A stretch of 64,000 bases of DNA from Camelus dromedarius (Eukaryota): assembly GCF_036321535.1 (NCBI RefSeq), contig NC_087436.1, forward strand, positions 53,384,001 through 53,448,000. The letters run 5' to 3'. A program made the position numbers and the translations under genes. The notes under the pieces are model-generated. The model saw only the letters and a program-made list of their open reading frames with translations. It had not been told where the DNA came from and did not search any database. This document shows, one piece after another, positions 1-26,660 of this stretch. The stretch's first letter is position 1; every line of letters starts with the position of its first letter.

Positions 1-21
1 CTGTACACATATGTGAAACAG

Positions 22-240
22 TATTCTTTCTCCAAATTGGTTAATTTAGATGAAACCAGCAGATTTACCTGCAGAGGAAAAAAGTTTTATCATCTTTATG
101 GTACTAGTACATTCACTGAATATACCGTTATGCATGAAATTGCACTGGGGAGATCTGATGCTGTTGCTCCCATGGACAAAGTCTGTATCATAAGCTGTGA
201 GGTGCCTACAGGATTTGGAGCTATGTTTAACACTGCAAAG
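22..240 (+). pseudogene. Exon-5 remnant of a divergent ADH paralogue (possibly the non-primate class VI/ADH6-like lineage), probably a pseudogene
   Basis: Translates as ..[56 protein letters not shown], homologous to ADH exon 5. Acceptor CAG at 19-21, donor GTAAGA at 241. Its length of 219 nt is 3n where 3n+1 is required, and the expected phase hits TAG at 47-49. Confidence 0.8.
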
Positions 241-1268
241 GTAAGAATATACTTTTGTGTTGTTTTCCCGTAACTTTATGTACATTCAGGGAGCCATGCA
301 GTCAGAGGGCTTTTAGATACAAATTTCTATAATTTTTAACTAGTCTTTCTGAGCCTCGCACTATCCTGAGATATTTACATACTTTATCCCATTTAGTCTT
401 AACATTATTTTATGAATTAAGCACTAATATCCTCATTTAAAGACTAAAAAACTTGGGTTTTGGTTGATTAATTCATTAATTAATTGCCTAAGATCTCACA
501 GAGGGTGTACCATACATTCTATTCTATATTAACTCTCTCATATAGCTACCTGGAAAATATGTCTTAGGATTATGAGTCAGAAGAGGTGTGATTCAGGGCT
601 ACTGAGATGCTAATCAGTCTATTTCTGAAACGAAGTTATAGCTTTGGAGTCACGCTATCTGAGCTATGGAGTATGCATGATTACTGGAGTAGCACTGTTA
701 AATTTATAACTCCTTTGACCCAATGCCAATTTCCTCTGGGAGAACCATAAAAGGTGACATTATGGGAAGTAGGTCTTTGACTTCACATAGCCTTTTCCAG
801 AAATCTGGACACCTTGCATTCTCCTTGGCAAGAAATAGAGGGGTGAAGAGGTAGGAAAAATATTCCTCTAGGAAAGGAAATAGAAGACAATGTGTTAAAA
901 TAGAAAAGCTTACCTTTACTTTCCCCACAGGTATTTATTACCTGTGGCAGCAAAAACAGACTAATATCTTGACATTATTAATAAGATATAGAATAGTCAC
1001 ATTTCAGTGTACTCATTGGCACTCAGATATTCCATAATCAGGGAGTTATCTTACGTCTCTGGGCCACTCCCCAACAAAGGATAAGACTAGAAGAAAATCT
1101 CACTGTATTGACCCCCAGTTCTTATCTTAACTGTCACCCTAATTTGCTATTCAAGAACAAAACAGACAATTCTAATGTGTTGTGCTATTTGAATCTCTCA
1201 TCCCCAAGCAACACCTCCAAATCCCTCTCTCACCACACCTCACACCAGCATCCAGGATGCTTTCAGAC

Positions 1269-1470
1269 CAGCACTGTCCAAGAGAATTTTCTGCATTGAC
1301 GAAAATGTTGTACAGCTTATCGTCCAATCTAGTAGCCACAAGCCATATGTAGCTTTTGAACACTTGAAGTATGGCTAGTGCAACTGGAAGACTGACTTTT
1401 AAATTATATTTAATTTTAATTCATTTAAATTTAAATAGTCATATATGGCTAATGGCTACCTTAACACAGT
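1269..1470. mobile_element. MER3-like hAT-Charlie non-autonomous DNA transposon
   Basis: Begins cagcactgtccaa and contains tagccac..tggcta motifs and an AT-rich palindromic core typical of MER3. Confidence 0.75.
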
Positions 1471-1532
1471 TGAGATTATTTTGTCCTCTGATTTTTGCCA
1501 GAATGCTTAGATAAGATTAATTTGAGGGAACT

Positions 1533-1752
1533 ATGGCATAGAGCTTAAAAACATGGGTTTTGATTTTAGATCACTTACTAGACATGGGACCTTAGCAAGT
1601 TATTTAAATTTCTTGCCAGTCCCATCATCTAAAAAGTAGGGTAAATAATAGTTTCTTTCTTACCTAGTGTCAGGAGAACTAAGTGAGAAAATGCAGATAA
1701 AGCACTTGACAAACAAGCTGAAACACAGCAGGCACAAAATTAATGTTTAATT
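1533..1752 (+). mobile_element. MIR SINE
   Basis: Degenerate MIR core: gaccttagcaagttatttaa...ctcatct...gataaagcactt. Confidence 0.65.
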
Positions 1753-2652
1753 GTAGCAGAAACAGCAATGATAACAGTAGCTTAATGGCCCAAACAAAAA
1801 ATGAAGAGGAAAGCACATATATTGCAAAAGATAACTGGAGGGTTGTTTTTTTTGTTTTTTGGGTTTTGTTTGGTTTTGTTTTGTTTTGTTTTGTTTTTGC
1901 TGTTTTAAGATCTCTGGGGGCTTTTCATTTATTCATTGGTGTGGTTTTGCGTTAGTTGATTACATATGAATAAAACTAGATTTGTACCTCCAGGTCAAAT
2001 ACTAGGGAAAAATTTACCGTTAACCAACCTCCCATTATGAAAGTTTCTTTTTCCAGAAATTCTAGATGTCTGAATTTTCCAAACTGAATAAAAACCCAAT
2101 CTAAAAGTCAAATTATTTCAAAAGTGATTAGGCTAGTGCTTGAAATGACTAATCAATACTAATATTTCTTCTCAATGCTAGTCTTCGGCTTCATTTTAAA
2201 AAATTTATTCACATTTTCTAATACTCCTCATGTATCTGCCATGTCTCCTTCCTCCCTCTCTATATGCAACACACTGAGGGAAATCACCCCTAATAAGATT
2301 CTCAACCTGGATGGGAAAATCTATAATAGGTTTTTCCTTTCATTCAATTCCATGCTGACAAGTTTCTAAGTTACTCAAAATCTTGCATAACAATTACATA
2401 ATACTCAAATATTTTAGTACAAATTGTCCTATTAGACAACAAAATATTTGTAGCCAAAGCTCTGATAAAGAGCTATCTTTCCTAAAAAGAACTCAACTTT
2501 TTTTCACTATAACTTAAAGTTTCAAAATAGCCATAAATGCAATTTTACATGATATTTATAAAAAACATAATTTTGCAGAAACAGAACCCTGCTAAGAATA
2601 TAAAGGTCTGGATTCTAGGTTCAGTTTTTGCCACTTTCTAGATGTGCATCAA

Positions 2653-3198
2653 TGTTTTCAAATGTACCCAGGATTTGATTTAGTAAGATATGGTAAGATG
2701 ACAGACACAAAGACAACTACCTTGAAAAAGAGTTTATTACTCACAGTTCCCCAGAAGGAGGGGGCGTGCCACACTGTACCAAGCAGGTCATATGGGGAAG
2801 CACCAAGTTCATTCAGGAGGCAGAATGCTAGGGAAAAGCTCAGGCCAGAGCCTTAATTGTGGTTTTCATGAAAAGGAACAGGAAAAGGGGTAAGCAAGCT
2901 AAGTGAGTTTCAATGGGTTCTAGGCCACAGGGGTGGTTCCCAGTTATCTCATTACTGGACCTGGGGTGATTTAGGGCAAGAACATAGTGTCCCAAGCAGT
3001 TGGCATCTAATTAAAGGAGGTGGCTAGGAGATATAGACTCAAGATTAGCTGGCTTGCATGTCAAAGAAGTAGTGAAGCAAGCTGTTTGCTATCTCTAGAA
3101 ATTAACTAACTGGCCAGGGGGGTCCCTCCCTGGGTCCACAAGGTCCCAAGATATCAAAGCCTTCTAAAATACAAAAAATTAAAAATATAATTAATACA
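2653..3198 (-). mobile_element. ERVL-type solo LTR (MER74-like) inserted into a MIR
   Basis: TG...CA termini with a perfect 5-bp TSD ATCAA (2648-2652 and 3199-3203). MIR sequence continues on both sides. Confidence 0.75.
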
Positions 3199-3962
3199 AT
3201 CAATGAAAAATATTTAACCTCTCTAAACCTCAGTCCTCTCAAAGTTATAAAAATAGGGAAAATAATGCCTATATCTGCATTATTTATAGTGATCAAATAG
3301 TAAATGGAATCTAAGCAGGGAGCCACCATCATCTTCTGCAACTACTCTACTACGCTACTCCCAAAATACTACAAAAGACCAGAAATTTGTTTCTGAGGTT
3401 GAAATATTAGTTTTGTGAAGGAGATACATCTAGAGCCCCAGATGGAGGGAGTACATGGTAACTCAAATCAAACCAGCTGGATTGTAAGCTGTTATAGGAA
3501 ATCATTAGTGCCATGAGTGCAAAGGAGAGCTGCAGGCTGATGGTCTGTGATCACGGCAGTCCTGGGTCCACTCCAACAGTGCTGGGTCCACTATAGCCCT
3601 TGTAGAGCTTATCTACCATAGGGGTAATCTTAGTACTCCTAAGTGGTAACTGCTATGGAATAAATTACCCTGCTTTTGATGATTAGGAAAAGGATCAAAA
3701 GGTAAATGGTTTACTATCCCCCACGAATGCTTTTTACCAATTTTATACATAAACAGTTCATTTGATTCTTTGGTTAGTTTTGGTTTTTTCCCTCAGGTCT
3801 TATTATTGACCTTTTCTTCTATAGAGTTTAAAACCAGGGACTGTATTCCTAAACTGGTAACTGAGTATTTGCAAAAAAATCAACAGAGATCTACTTATAA
3901 ACCATAAATTTCCTTTAGAAGGAAATCAATAAGGCATTCGAATTGCTCCAAGATGGAAAATG

Positions 3963-3964
<2 letters not shown>

Positions 3965-4010
<46 letters not shown>
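3965..4010. repeat. (GT)23 microsatellite
   Basis: Perfect GT dinucleotide run. Confidence 0.97.
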
Positions 4011-4013
<3 letters not shown>

Positions 4014-6349
4014 GTATCTCTGTGAGATATCTTATACATATGAATGTCACATCCAAAATTTTATGAAAAATGAGAGGTCTCAGATCAAGTATAAAAGAGG
4101 ATGGTTGTGGAAAACAGTTTAGAGAATAGCAATAAAAGAGCTTTAAGTCAGTTATGAAGAGCCCTTTACTCAGTCACTGTGTGACCCCAAATGGCTATCT
4201 TTGTCCAAGTCACTGTCCTCATCTATATAAAATGGGGATAATGATACCTTCTCTCTTGAGACAGGTATGAAGATCAAATGTGAGAATAAAAAGGAAAGGC
4301 CAGTGAAAGAAAAAGTATACAAAATTATGTTGTTATAATAAAACATTGTGGTTTGTTTGAGTCCTGATATATATGACCAAGAAATTAAACTACTGTACAG
4401 CTTAATTAGCAACATACTATGACCAACAGAGTTTTGAAGTGATCTAATGTCCTCCAGAAAATTATTTATTTACAAGGTACATTTTGTGCTGCTTTATGAG
4501 TTTATTTTCAATCAACAGCCTAATATTTGATATTTCAAGAGTATTTATCTTCAGCACACATTCATTAAACATCTAATAACAATACTGTGCTAAGACACAC
4601 TGGAAAAACAGTGTTGAATATAATCACTGTCTTCAAGTCATTGAAGGTTCAGTACTGCAGTATAAGAATAAATACATAAATAGCTGCAATAAGTGCTGGA
4701 TATAATGTCTTGTCAGAAAGTCCAAAAGACTACAGATCCAAGATATAGAGACCTCATTTCTGACTAGAAGGTTGGGGAAGCCCTCGGGGAGCAGGTCACC
4801 CCCTAAACTGAGCCTTGGGAGCTTACAGAACTACAACATGAATGTCTGGGTAAAAGACCTCATAGAAATTGGAACTGTCTATAAGAACCCATAAAAGAGA
4901 GATAAAACTTGCATATGATAAACATCAAACAATCCAGTTTGCAAGGGCCAGACTGTGTTTGTGTAGGGCAGCGAGCATAAAGGCCTTGATTACAAAGTAT
5001 TCCCTATGTAAACAAGTAAAAGTACAAGAATTTTTACATCTGAAGAGAACTGGGTTTCCCTAGGATATTACGTTGCCTTTCCTGAGCCTTACTATATGAT
5101 ATTGCTATGAAATCCCATCTAATAGTGACTGATATATTAACAACAGTTTGAGTTGAAATTATTAATCTGCACTTTGTAGATTGACTGAAATCAGTCAAGT
5201 TCCAAAGCATCTGAAAAATATAGATATTGGATTGTTTGACCTTGGAGCCACTTTCTAGCTGTATGATACCACCTGTGCTTCTATGTATATTGAGTCCAGA
5301 GCTGATAATATTAGGGTTATGGAAATAATGTGACCCAAGAATTATAGAATTCTTATAGAATTCTGAAACTGACTCTCCTTTAAAAATCTTTAGCTAAATA
5401 TTCCACTCCTATCCCAAGGCAGTATTCAAATAAATGTATCCCATTGGCCATTAGTAAATGCGAGAGCACTGAAATCCTTCCACTGACAGTCCTAGAAAAA
5501 CAACAGACAGTTCCAACATTATTGTCTGTGGATTGATGCTTCACATTCATAGGAAAAGATAAAGAAACTGAGAATTTAGAACTTATGTTCTCCATTTGAA
5601 GCATGAGACTAATGCAATGTTTCATACAATGGTGTATGCAAGAAAATCTAAACTGAAAGTTAAATAATACATACCCTTTTAAGCATTTTGAATTTAGTGT
5701 TCTCAAAAAAATTTAAAAACCATGGTCACCAAAATTGTGGGTGAAAATGCAAAAGGTGAATCTATTTTCCTGAGGAGATGAGACAGGCACTGATGCTAAT
5801 TTGATGGAGAACATGCACTTATTTCTAGGATGGCCACTTTGAAGAGTTTACAAGCACATAAAAAGATCAGAAAAGTTGCCATTTCTGCTCTTCACGTCAA
5901 CTATGACTACCAGGTAGTGACTACATATAAGCCCCAGATATTAATTTAACGTAGTTATCTTCCCTACCTTGAAACCTAATTTCAGAACTTGACCCTAGAA
6001 AAAAGGCAGTTTCTTCCAACTTAGTCACAAAGTCCTCAAGCAATTTACATTAGTAAATTGGACTATGAGGAATTGTTACTTCTCTTTAAACTTACTTTAT
6101 TGGAATTGGCTGGATAATTATATCTGATTTAGCAACATTAGACTTTGGCACCAATGATAAAATAAATAACATTGCTCTTTGTAATATTAACAGTGTATGT
6201 GGTAATAGAAAAAAATGGGTGCGCTTTCATGAGGAAAATAAAATGCAGCCATTCACAACTAGAAAATAGATATTGTGGGAATTCTCCCTTTCCCATCATA
6301 CCAGCTCATGGACAGCTAAAAGGTAAATAGAAGTCATGGAGTGAACATT

Positions 6350-6722
6350 AAAAAAAAGATTACATTTGTGGTCACCAGAGGCAGGGTGAGGGAGCAAGAC
6401 GGATGAAATTAGTCAAAAAGTACAAACTTCCCGTTATAAGTAAGCACTAGGGATATAATATACAACTTGATAAATACAATTAACACTGCTGTACATTATA
6501 CATGAAAATTGTTAAAAGAGTAAACCCTGAGTTCTCATCACAAGGAAAAAAAAAACATTTTTTCTATTTCTTTAATTTTGTGTCTATATGAGATAATATA
6601 TGTTCACTAAATTTATTGTGGTAATCATTTCATGATGTCTGTAGGTCAAATCATTATGCTGTACACCTTAAACATATACAGTACGTCAATTATATCTAAA
6701 TAAAACTGGAAAGAAAAAAAGA
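6350..6722 (+). mobile_element. L1 3' end fragment (L1MA-type)
   Basis: L1 3'UTR motifs (gtacaccttaaac, tatatctaaataaaactggaa followed by an A-tail); similar to the module at about 62480-62860. Confidence 0.75.
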
Positions 6723-7374
6723 AAGAGCGATGCAAAGAAAAGAAGTCATGGGGTGAAGTGCACCCTGTAACTGTGAATCCAGATGAGATGACTTTTCAGG
6801 GCTCATGACTCTCTTGCTTTATTGTCTCTACTTCCTATTACTAAAATCAGATCCTACAACTGCCAGTTACCCACCGGACTTGATTCAGAGGACATGTTCT
6901 GGTGCCTATCAGGGAAGAGGGGAGATATATGTAGAGCAGATTTTAATATTCTCACCATAACAACAAAAAATAATAATAATTATGTGAGGTGAAGGATGCG
7001 TTAACTAATCTTACTGTGGTAAACATTTCACAATACATACATGTATCAAGTCATCACTTTGTACATCTTAAACTTACACAATTTTATATGTTAATTATAT
7101 CTGAATAAAGGTGGGAAAAGAAAAAACCAGGTCATCTAACCTAAAATAAATTGAGTACTTAGATAAAAGTTTTTTAGGCAGAAAGCAAGTGACTCTGAAT
7201 AGTAAATTGAATCCATAGGGGGAAAAAGACCAGGGTTAAAGTAACTATGAAATTATAAAGAGATTATGAATGCATATTTGTCTTCTTCTCTTAGCTGATT
7301 TAAAAAGCAACTGTATAAAACAATATGTATATAATGTACTTGGGGGCTTATGATATATAGAATGTAATATCTTT

Positions 7375-10231
7375 TTTTAAACATTTTTTATTGAGTAATA
7401 GTCATTTTACAATATTGTGTCAAATTCCAGTACAGAGCACAATTTTTCAGTTATACATGAACATACATATATTCACTGTCACATTTTTTTTTTTTTTGCT
7501 GTGAGCTACCACAATATCGTGTATATATTTCCCTGTGCTTTACAGTATAATCTTGTTTATCTATTCTACATTTTAAAATCCCAGTCTGTCCCTTCCCATC
7601 CCCTGCCTCCTTGGCAACCACAAGTTTGTATTCTATGTCTATGAGTCTGTTTCTGTTTTGTATTTATGTTCTTTTTTTTTTTTTTTTTTTTCAGATTCTA
7701 CATATGAGTGGTCTCATATTATATTTTTCTTTTTCTTTCTGGCTGACTTCACTTAGAATGACATTCTCCAGGAACATCCGTGTTGCTACAAATGGCGTTA
7801 TGTTGTCGGGTTTTGTGGCTGAATAGTATTCTATTGTGTAAATATACCACATCTTCTCTATCCAGTCTTCTGTTGATGGACATTTAGGCTGTTTCCATGT
7901 CTGGGCTATTGTAAATAGTGCTGCTATGAACATTGGGGTGCAGGTGTCATTTTGAAGTAGGGTTCCTTCTGGATATATGCCCAGGAGCGAGAATCCTGGG
8001 TCACATGGTAAATCTGTTCCTAATCTTTTGAAGAATCGCCATACTGTTTTCCACAGTGGCTTTCCTTGCTTGCCTCTCCCACTCTTAATGATTTAGACGT
8101 CTTCTTTTACAATTTTGTGTTTATTCTATTTGTAATTCATGGTAGTTATCACCTTTCAAGTTATGAGTTTCTCATTTTTGTAGCATCCTGCTTCTTTTCT
8201 GTTTAGAGTAGACCTGTGAATATTTCTTTCAGCATGGGTTTAGTGTTGCTACACTCTTTTAGTTTTTGCTTGTCTGTGAAGTTCTTTATCTGTCCTTCTA
8301 TTCTTAAGGGTAGCCTTGCTGGATAAAGTATCCTAGGCTGCATCTTTTTTTCATGCAGGACTTTGAATATATCTTGCCACTCCCTTCTGTCCTGCAGCGT
8401 TTGTGTAGAAAAATCAGCTGAGAGCCTTATGGGGGTTCCCTTGTAACTCACTCTTTGTTTTTCTCTTGCTGCCTTTAGGATCATTTCTTTATCCTTGACT
8501 CTGGCCGTCTTGATTATGATATGTCTTGGTGTGGGTCTGTTTGGGTTCTTCCTGCTTGGGACCCTCTGAGCCTCCTGTACTTGAATATCTGATACCTTCT
8601 TTAGGTTTGGGAAGTTTTCAGTCATTATTTCTTCAAATACCTTTTCAATCCCCTTTGTTCCTTCTTCCCCTTCTGGAACCCCTATTATGCGTAGATTGGC
8701 ATGCTTTATATTATCCCATAGGTCCCTTATATTGTTTTCATTGCTTTTTATGTTTTTCTCTCAGCTGTTCCAATTGGGTGCTTTCTGTTGTCCTGTCTTC
8801 TAGGTCACTTATTCGTTCCTCTGCATTATCTAGACTGCTTTGTACAGCCTTTAGGTCAGCTCTCATCTCAGCAAATGAGCTTACTAATTTTACTTGGTTC
8901 TTCTTTATAGCTTCTATTTCATTTTTGACATATTTTATATCTTTAAACACTATTTCTTTTAGTTTCTTCAGTACTTCAGTACTTTCAGTACTTCCTTCAG
9001 TACTCCTTTTTTGAAATCTTGATCTAGTAGGCCATTAATGTCTATTTCCTTGATCTTGCTCTCAAGGGGATTTCTCTTGATCTTTTAATTGGGAGTGGTT
9101 CCTCTGCTTCTTCATATTGGTCATATCTCTCTGACATCAGTGGGTGGGCACTGGTGGGTCACTCCCCTTCCCAATGCAGTCAGATGCTGCACTCGGGCGA
9201 GGCAGGTGGGCAGATTGCGCCCCCTCCCTGCACCATGGTCAGGTGCTACATTCCTACCAGGAAGGCGGGTGGCTGCCCGCCCTCTCCCGGCGCAGGTCTC
9301 TGCTGCTCTGTGCACCTGCCCACTCCACCTCCAGTCGGCGCTCCATAGGCTGGCTCGGGGAAGACCACGGAATAGCCCCGCCCCTGCTCTGTGCCAAAAC
9401 TCAGCTCCTTGTTTGTCTTGGCGGTGTGAGTTCTCTGAGGTGCCAGGGCAGAAAGATCCTATCTGCCTCAGGCTATAAACAAGTCACAGTCCTGCCCAGG
9501 AGGTAGCCCCGGGGTGCGGATTAAGGCCTCAGCCCTGCCCCCCACCCGGGCGCTGCACACAGGAGGACATGGCCGCTGTGCCTATGCCCGCCTCTCTTCT
9601 CATGAGAAGTGCCAGTAATAGCATCATGGATCTGAGGAGACAAAGGCTACGGCGCCCCTCCCCGCAAGGCACACCAGCCGTGTTGCTTTGCTTTTTTTCG
9701 CAGGTTGTTCTGCTCCGTATCGCCTCCCAGCCACAGCACGCAGCACCCTGCAGTCCCCCGCGGCTGCATCAGTGCAGCCGCCCCAGTCCTCCACCCGGCT
9801 TGGGCAGCCTGTCCCAGCCCCCAGCTGCCAGCTCGCGTCTCGGGCTGGGTGTCACAGGGACCTTTTGTACCTGTTTGACTTAGTTCTGTTGGTCAAGGGG
9901 TGCTCGGGGCAGATCCAAGCCTCGGAGGCTTCCCCCCCCCCCCCCGTCCCTCTGGCCTCTCCATTGGAGAGGGGAGACCCAGTGAACAAGCGCTATTCCT
10001 CCTTTGCCACTCCCTCTCCACAGGACTGGTCCCGCACTGTTTTGCTTTTTCTTCTTTCTTTTTTCCTTTTCTCCTACCAGATTTTTGGCATCTTTGTCTT
10101 TCAAAGAGGGCAATGTTCTGTCAGAGTTCTGCAGGTGCTCTGGTTGGCTGAGTGGGTCCGTAGATGTGAGTTTTGGTGTATTTGTGGGAGAGGGTGAGCA
10201 CCCTTCTACTCCGCCATCTTGCTTCTCTCTA
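7375..10231 (-). mobile_element. Lineage-specific L1 derivative of about 2.86 kb: 5'UTR + ORF1 + 3' end, lacking nearly all of ORF2
   Basis: GC-rich 5'UTR starting near caagatggcggagtag. ORF1 remnants at 8203-8625 (RPTPRHIIIK, IRLSADFS, ILYPARL). ORF2 C-terminus at 7691-7933. TSD TAATATCTTT at 7365-7374 and 10232-10241. Confidence 0.9.
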
Positions 10232-10241
10232 TAATATCTTT

Positions 10242-12850
10242 ATATAATATATTTGTGTAATAATAGCACAAAAAGATGGGTGGAAGCAAAGTTTTTTTCC
10301 TGAGCTAAGGAAAAAACCTCCAGATGGTAATTTAATCACAGAAATAGATAAAGAAAACTAGAAATAATAAATCAAAAAGTTAATATATCAAAAGGTAAAA
10401 CATATACTAGCTCATCTTCCTTTTTCAGCTTCATTTAAAGACATAAAATATATAAAATCATTTTTCTAACAATGTATTACTAATTTTTAACATTTATAGA
10501 TACCATATATATGATAATAATATGACAAATGATGAGGTAATACAGATTAAAAGTAGCAACTTTTCTATATCTCACTGGAATTAACTTACTAAAATTCTGA
10601 AGCTGGTTCTTGTAAGTTAATATGTAAATGGTAAATCCTAGAGTAACCACTAAAGAAATAACTGAAAGAACATAGTAAAAAGAAAAAGTCATTTAAAAAA
10701 TTTAAATGTTACATTAGACTTATTCACTTAATGAAAACTGATGAATGGATAATGTATTATACCCACACAATGCCATATAAAGGAATGAATTATTGCTTTA
10801 AGCTACAACATAGGTGAACCTTGAGAACATTAAGCTAAGTGAAAGAATTTAGTCATAAAAGACCACATATCATGTGATCCCATTCATTTAAAATGTCCAG
10901 AATAGGTAAATCTATGCAGACAAAAAGTAGAAGAATGGTTGCATAAGGCCAAGGTGGTGGTGGTAATGATGAAGGTTTAGAGAGGTGTCACTTTCTTTCT
11001 GAGGTGATAAAAGTACTTTAAAATTGATTGTGGTGATGGTTGCACATATCTGTGAATATACAACAAAATTGAATTTTACACTTTAAATGGGTGAATAGTA
11101 AGTGAATACAATCTCAATAAAGCTGTGTAAAAAAGACATAAATGGACAGAGTAGATTTAAAAACATGACTCAAATATATCTTGTCTATAAGAAACTCACT
11201 TTGAGTATAGGTAGGTTGAAAGGAAAAAGATGAAAAATACATATCACACAAACATTAATCAAAAGAAGGCAAGAGTGGGAAAAAAAACCAATACCACAAC
11301 ATTTAAATATCCCATAAAAACACATTCACATTTTTCTACTTTAACTGGAAATAAAATATTGTAAGCCATAAAATAAAATCTAATCATAAAATAGGGGGGG
11401 GAAAAAGAAGGCAAGAGTGGTTATATTAATATCAGATAAAGTGGACTTCAGAGAAAATAAATGTATCAGAGGCAAAGAGAAGTATTATATAATGATAAAA
11501 GGGCAATCTACCAAGAAGAGACAATGATCCTAAATGTGTATGTACCAGAGCTACAAACTTGTGAGTCAAAATCTGTCAGCATTGAAAGAAAAAAATAGCC
11601 AAATCAACAATTTTAGTTAAATGCTTCAACATCCCTGTCTGAAGAACTGATAGAAAAATTAGACAGAAAGAAGGCAAAGGTATATAGAACTCACAACACC
11701 ATCAATTAAGGGAACCTAAGAGATATTTACTGAACATTCTACCCAAAGACAGCAGAATACACATTCATTTCAAGTGCCCATAAAACATTCCAAGATAGGT
11801 CATATCTCAACAAAAGTAAAAGAATTGAAATCATGCAGAGTATGTTATCTGATCACAATTAAACTAGAAATCAATAATGGAAATCAAACTAGACATAAAT
11901 AGTGGAAATAAAAGGAAAATCTCTAAGCACTTGGAAGCTAAACAACACACTTCTAGACAATCTGTAGGTCAAAGAAAAAGATTCAAGGGAAAGTTTTTTA
12001 AATATTTATATGATAAAAATGAAAAAACATATCAAAATTTGTGTGACACAGCTAAAGCTGCACTGAATCAGATACATGGCACTAAATTATTATGTTAGAA
12101 AAGAGGAAAAGTTGTAAATCAATAATACACACTCACACTTCATGATCCCATAAATAAAAGAGCAAAATAAACTAAAAATAAGCAGAAAGAAAAAATAATA
12201 GCAAAAGTCAGCGAAATTTTTTTAAATAGAGAAAAATCAATGAAATAGAGCTAGTTCTTTGAAAAGATCAATAAAATTAACAAACCTCTGGCAAGACTGA
12301 CAAAGAAAAACAGAATGAAGACATAAATTACCAATAATCAGCAATAAAACAGTGTATATCACTACAGACACAACAGATACCAAAAAAATAATAAGTGAAT
12401 ACCATTAACAAATCTACACACATAAATTTGACAATTTAGTTGAAATGTACTAGTTTCTCAAAAACTACAAACTACCACAACTCACCAAATATGAAATAGA
12501 CAACTTACAAGCCCTACAAATATGGAGATAACTGAATTCCTAATTTAAAACATCCCCAAAAAGAAATCTGTAGACCCATATGATTTCACTGAAGAATTCT
12601 ACCAAACATTTAAAGGATTAACACCAATTCTACACAATCTCTCTTAGAAAATAGAAGAGAAAATAATTTTATAAAATTAGTATTACTATGAAACCAAAAT
12701 CAGACAAAGACAGTTCAAAGAAAGAAAATTAATACACCAAGTGGGATTTGTTTCAGGTATGTAAAGCTGGTTCAACATTTGGAAATTAATTAATATAATC
12801 CACCATAATCCAACAGGCCAAAGAAGAAAAAACATATAATCATATTATGA
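10242..12850 (+). mobile_element. Old degenerate L1 ORF2 region, host of the 7375-10231 insertion, with nested fragments
   Basis: A-rich degenerate endonuclease/RT-coding sequence (tcagataaagtggacttc, ttctttgaaaagatcaataaaatt, gctggttcaacatt). Confidence 0.8.
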
Positions 12851-13329
12851 CACAGAGAGAGCATTTATGCTTCTTCTCTTCCCTTCCAGCTAAAACCTGC
12901 CCATTGGTGTTGTTTTTCATTAGAAATGTATTTCCTTGTTCCCATGTTCATCAGGGTCCTGGTCAAAACTCTCTTGATCCACATACAGAGATTTTCTCAA
13001 ATCCAAATCCTGATTGTCAGGTTTCTCACACATTGGTTTCAATTCCTCTGAGTAACCAGTAAAGCATACCAAGAGGTGAGGCGCTTATGCGAAATTACTA
13101 GATAAACTGTCTGATAACACCCTAATTCCTGAAAATGGGACACAGGTTTGGAAAATCAAATCAAAATGAAACTCAAGTTTAGAGTCACAGATATCATATC
13201 TGCATTTGAAAAACAACATAGACAATTTTATACATGCTATTAGAAATTTTAAACTTGGACATTTAAAAGACCAAATTTAAAATTCAACAGAGTAGCTACT
13301 AAGAGGAGAACTTTATGATTGAGGAAAGA

Positions 13330-13586
13330 AAAAAAAGTTTGCACAATTTCACCTTTGTGCATTTTCACTGGGCTAAGTCTATTTCATATTTTACCTTCCT
13401 CAGGGAATAGGAAAATCTGAGTCTCCAGATATCAGGTGTATTAATTACCTGGTTATACACAAAGCTTAGGATCCAGCCTCTTGATCAAACAGTAACCTCT
13501 ACTCTCTTGGACTCTGAAAGTTGTAACCAGAATCTCTCTTTCCCAGTATATTCATCTGTGCCCAGAAGAACACGGAGAAAGTCAGC
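13330..13586 (+). promoter_or_regulatory. ADH6 proximal promoter and 5'UTR
   Basis: Non-repetitive sequence immediately upstream of the ATG, with a C/EBP-like TTGCACAAT (13339-13347) and an HNF4-like TGGACTCTG (about 13508-13516). Motif matches only. Confidence 0.45.

Positions 13587-26660
<13,074 letters not shown>

Noticed and set aside
3505..3560. tgccatgag..ggtctgtgat faintly resembling ADH exon 7
   Set aside because: The similarity is too short and gapped, with no usable splice sites.
4790..4820. cag|GTCACCCCC resembling the start of ADH exon 6 for the upstream paralogue
   Set aside because: No GLGG motif follows, and the context looks like a degenerate L2.
9089..10234. Cluster of GC-rich ORFs of up to 169 aa that resembles a CpG-island gene
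   Set aside because: It lies within the 5'UTR of the antisense L1 derivative and has no recognisable protein motifs.
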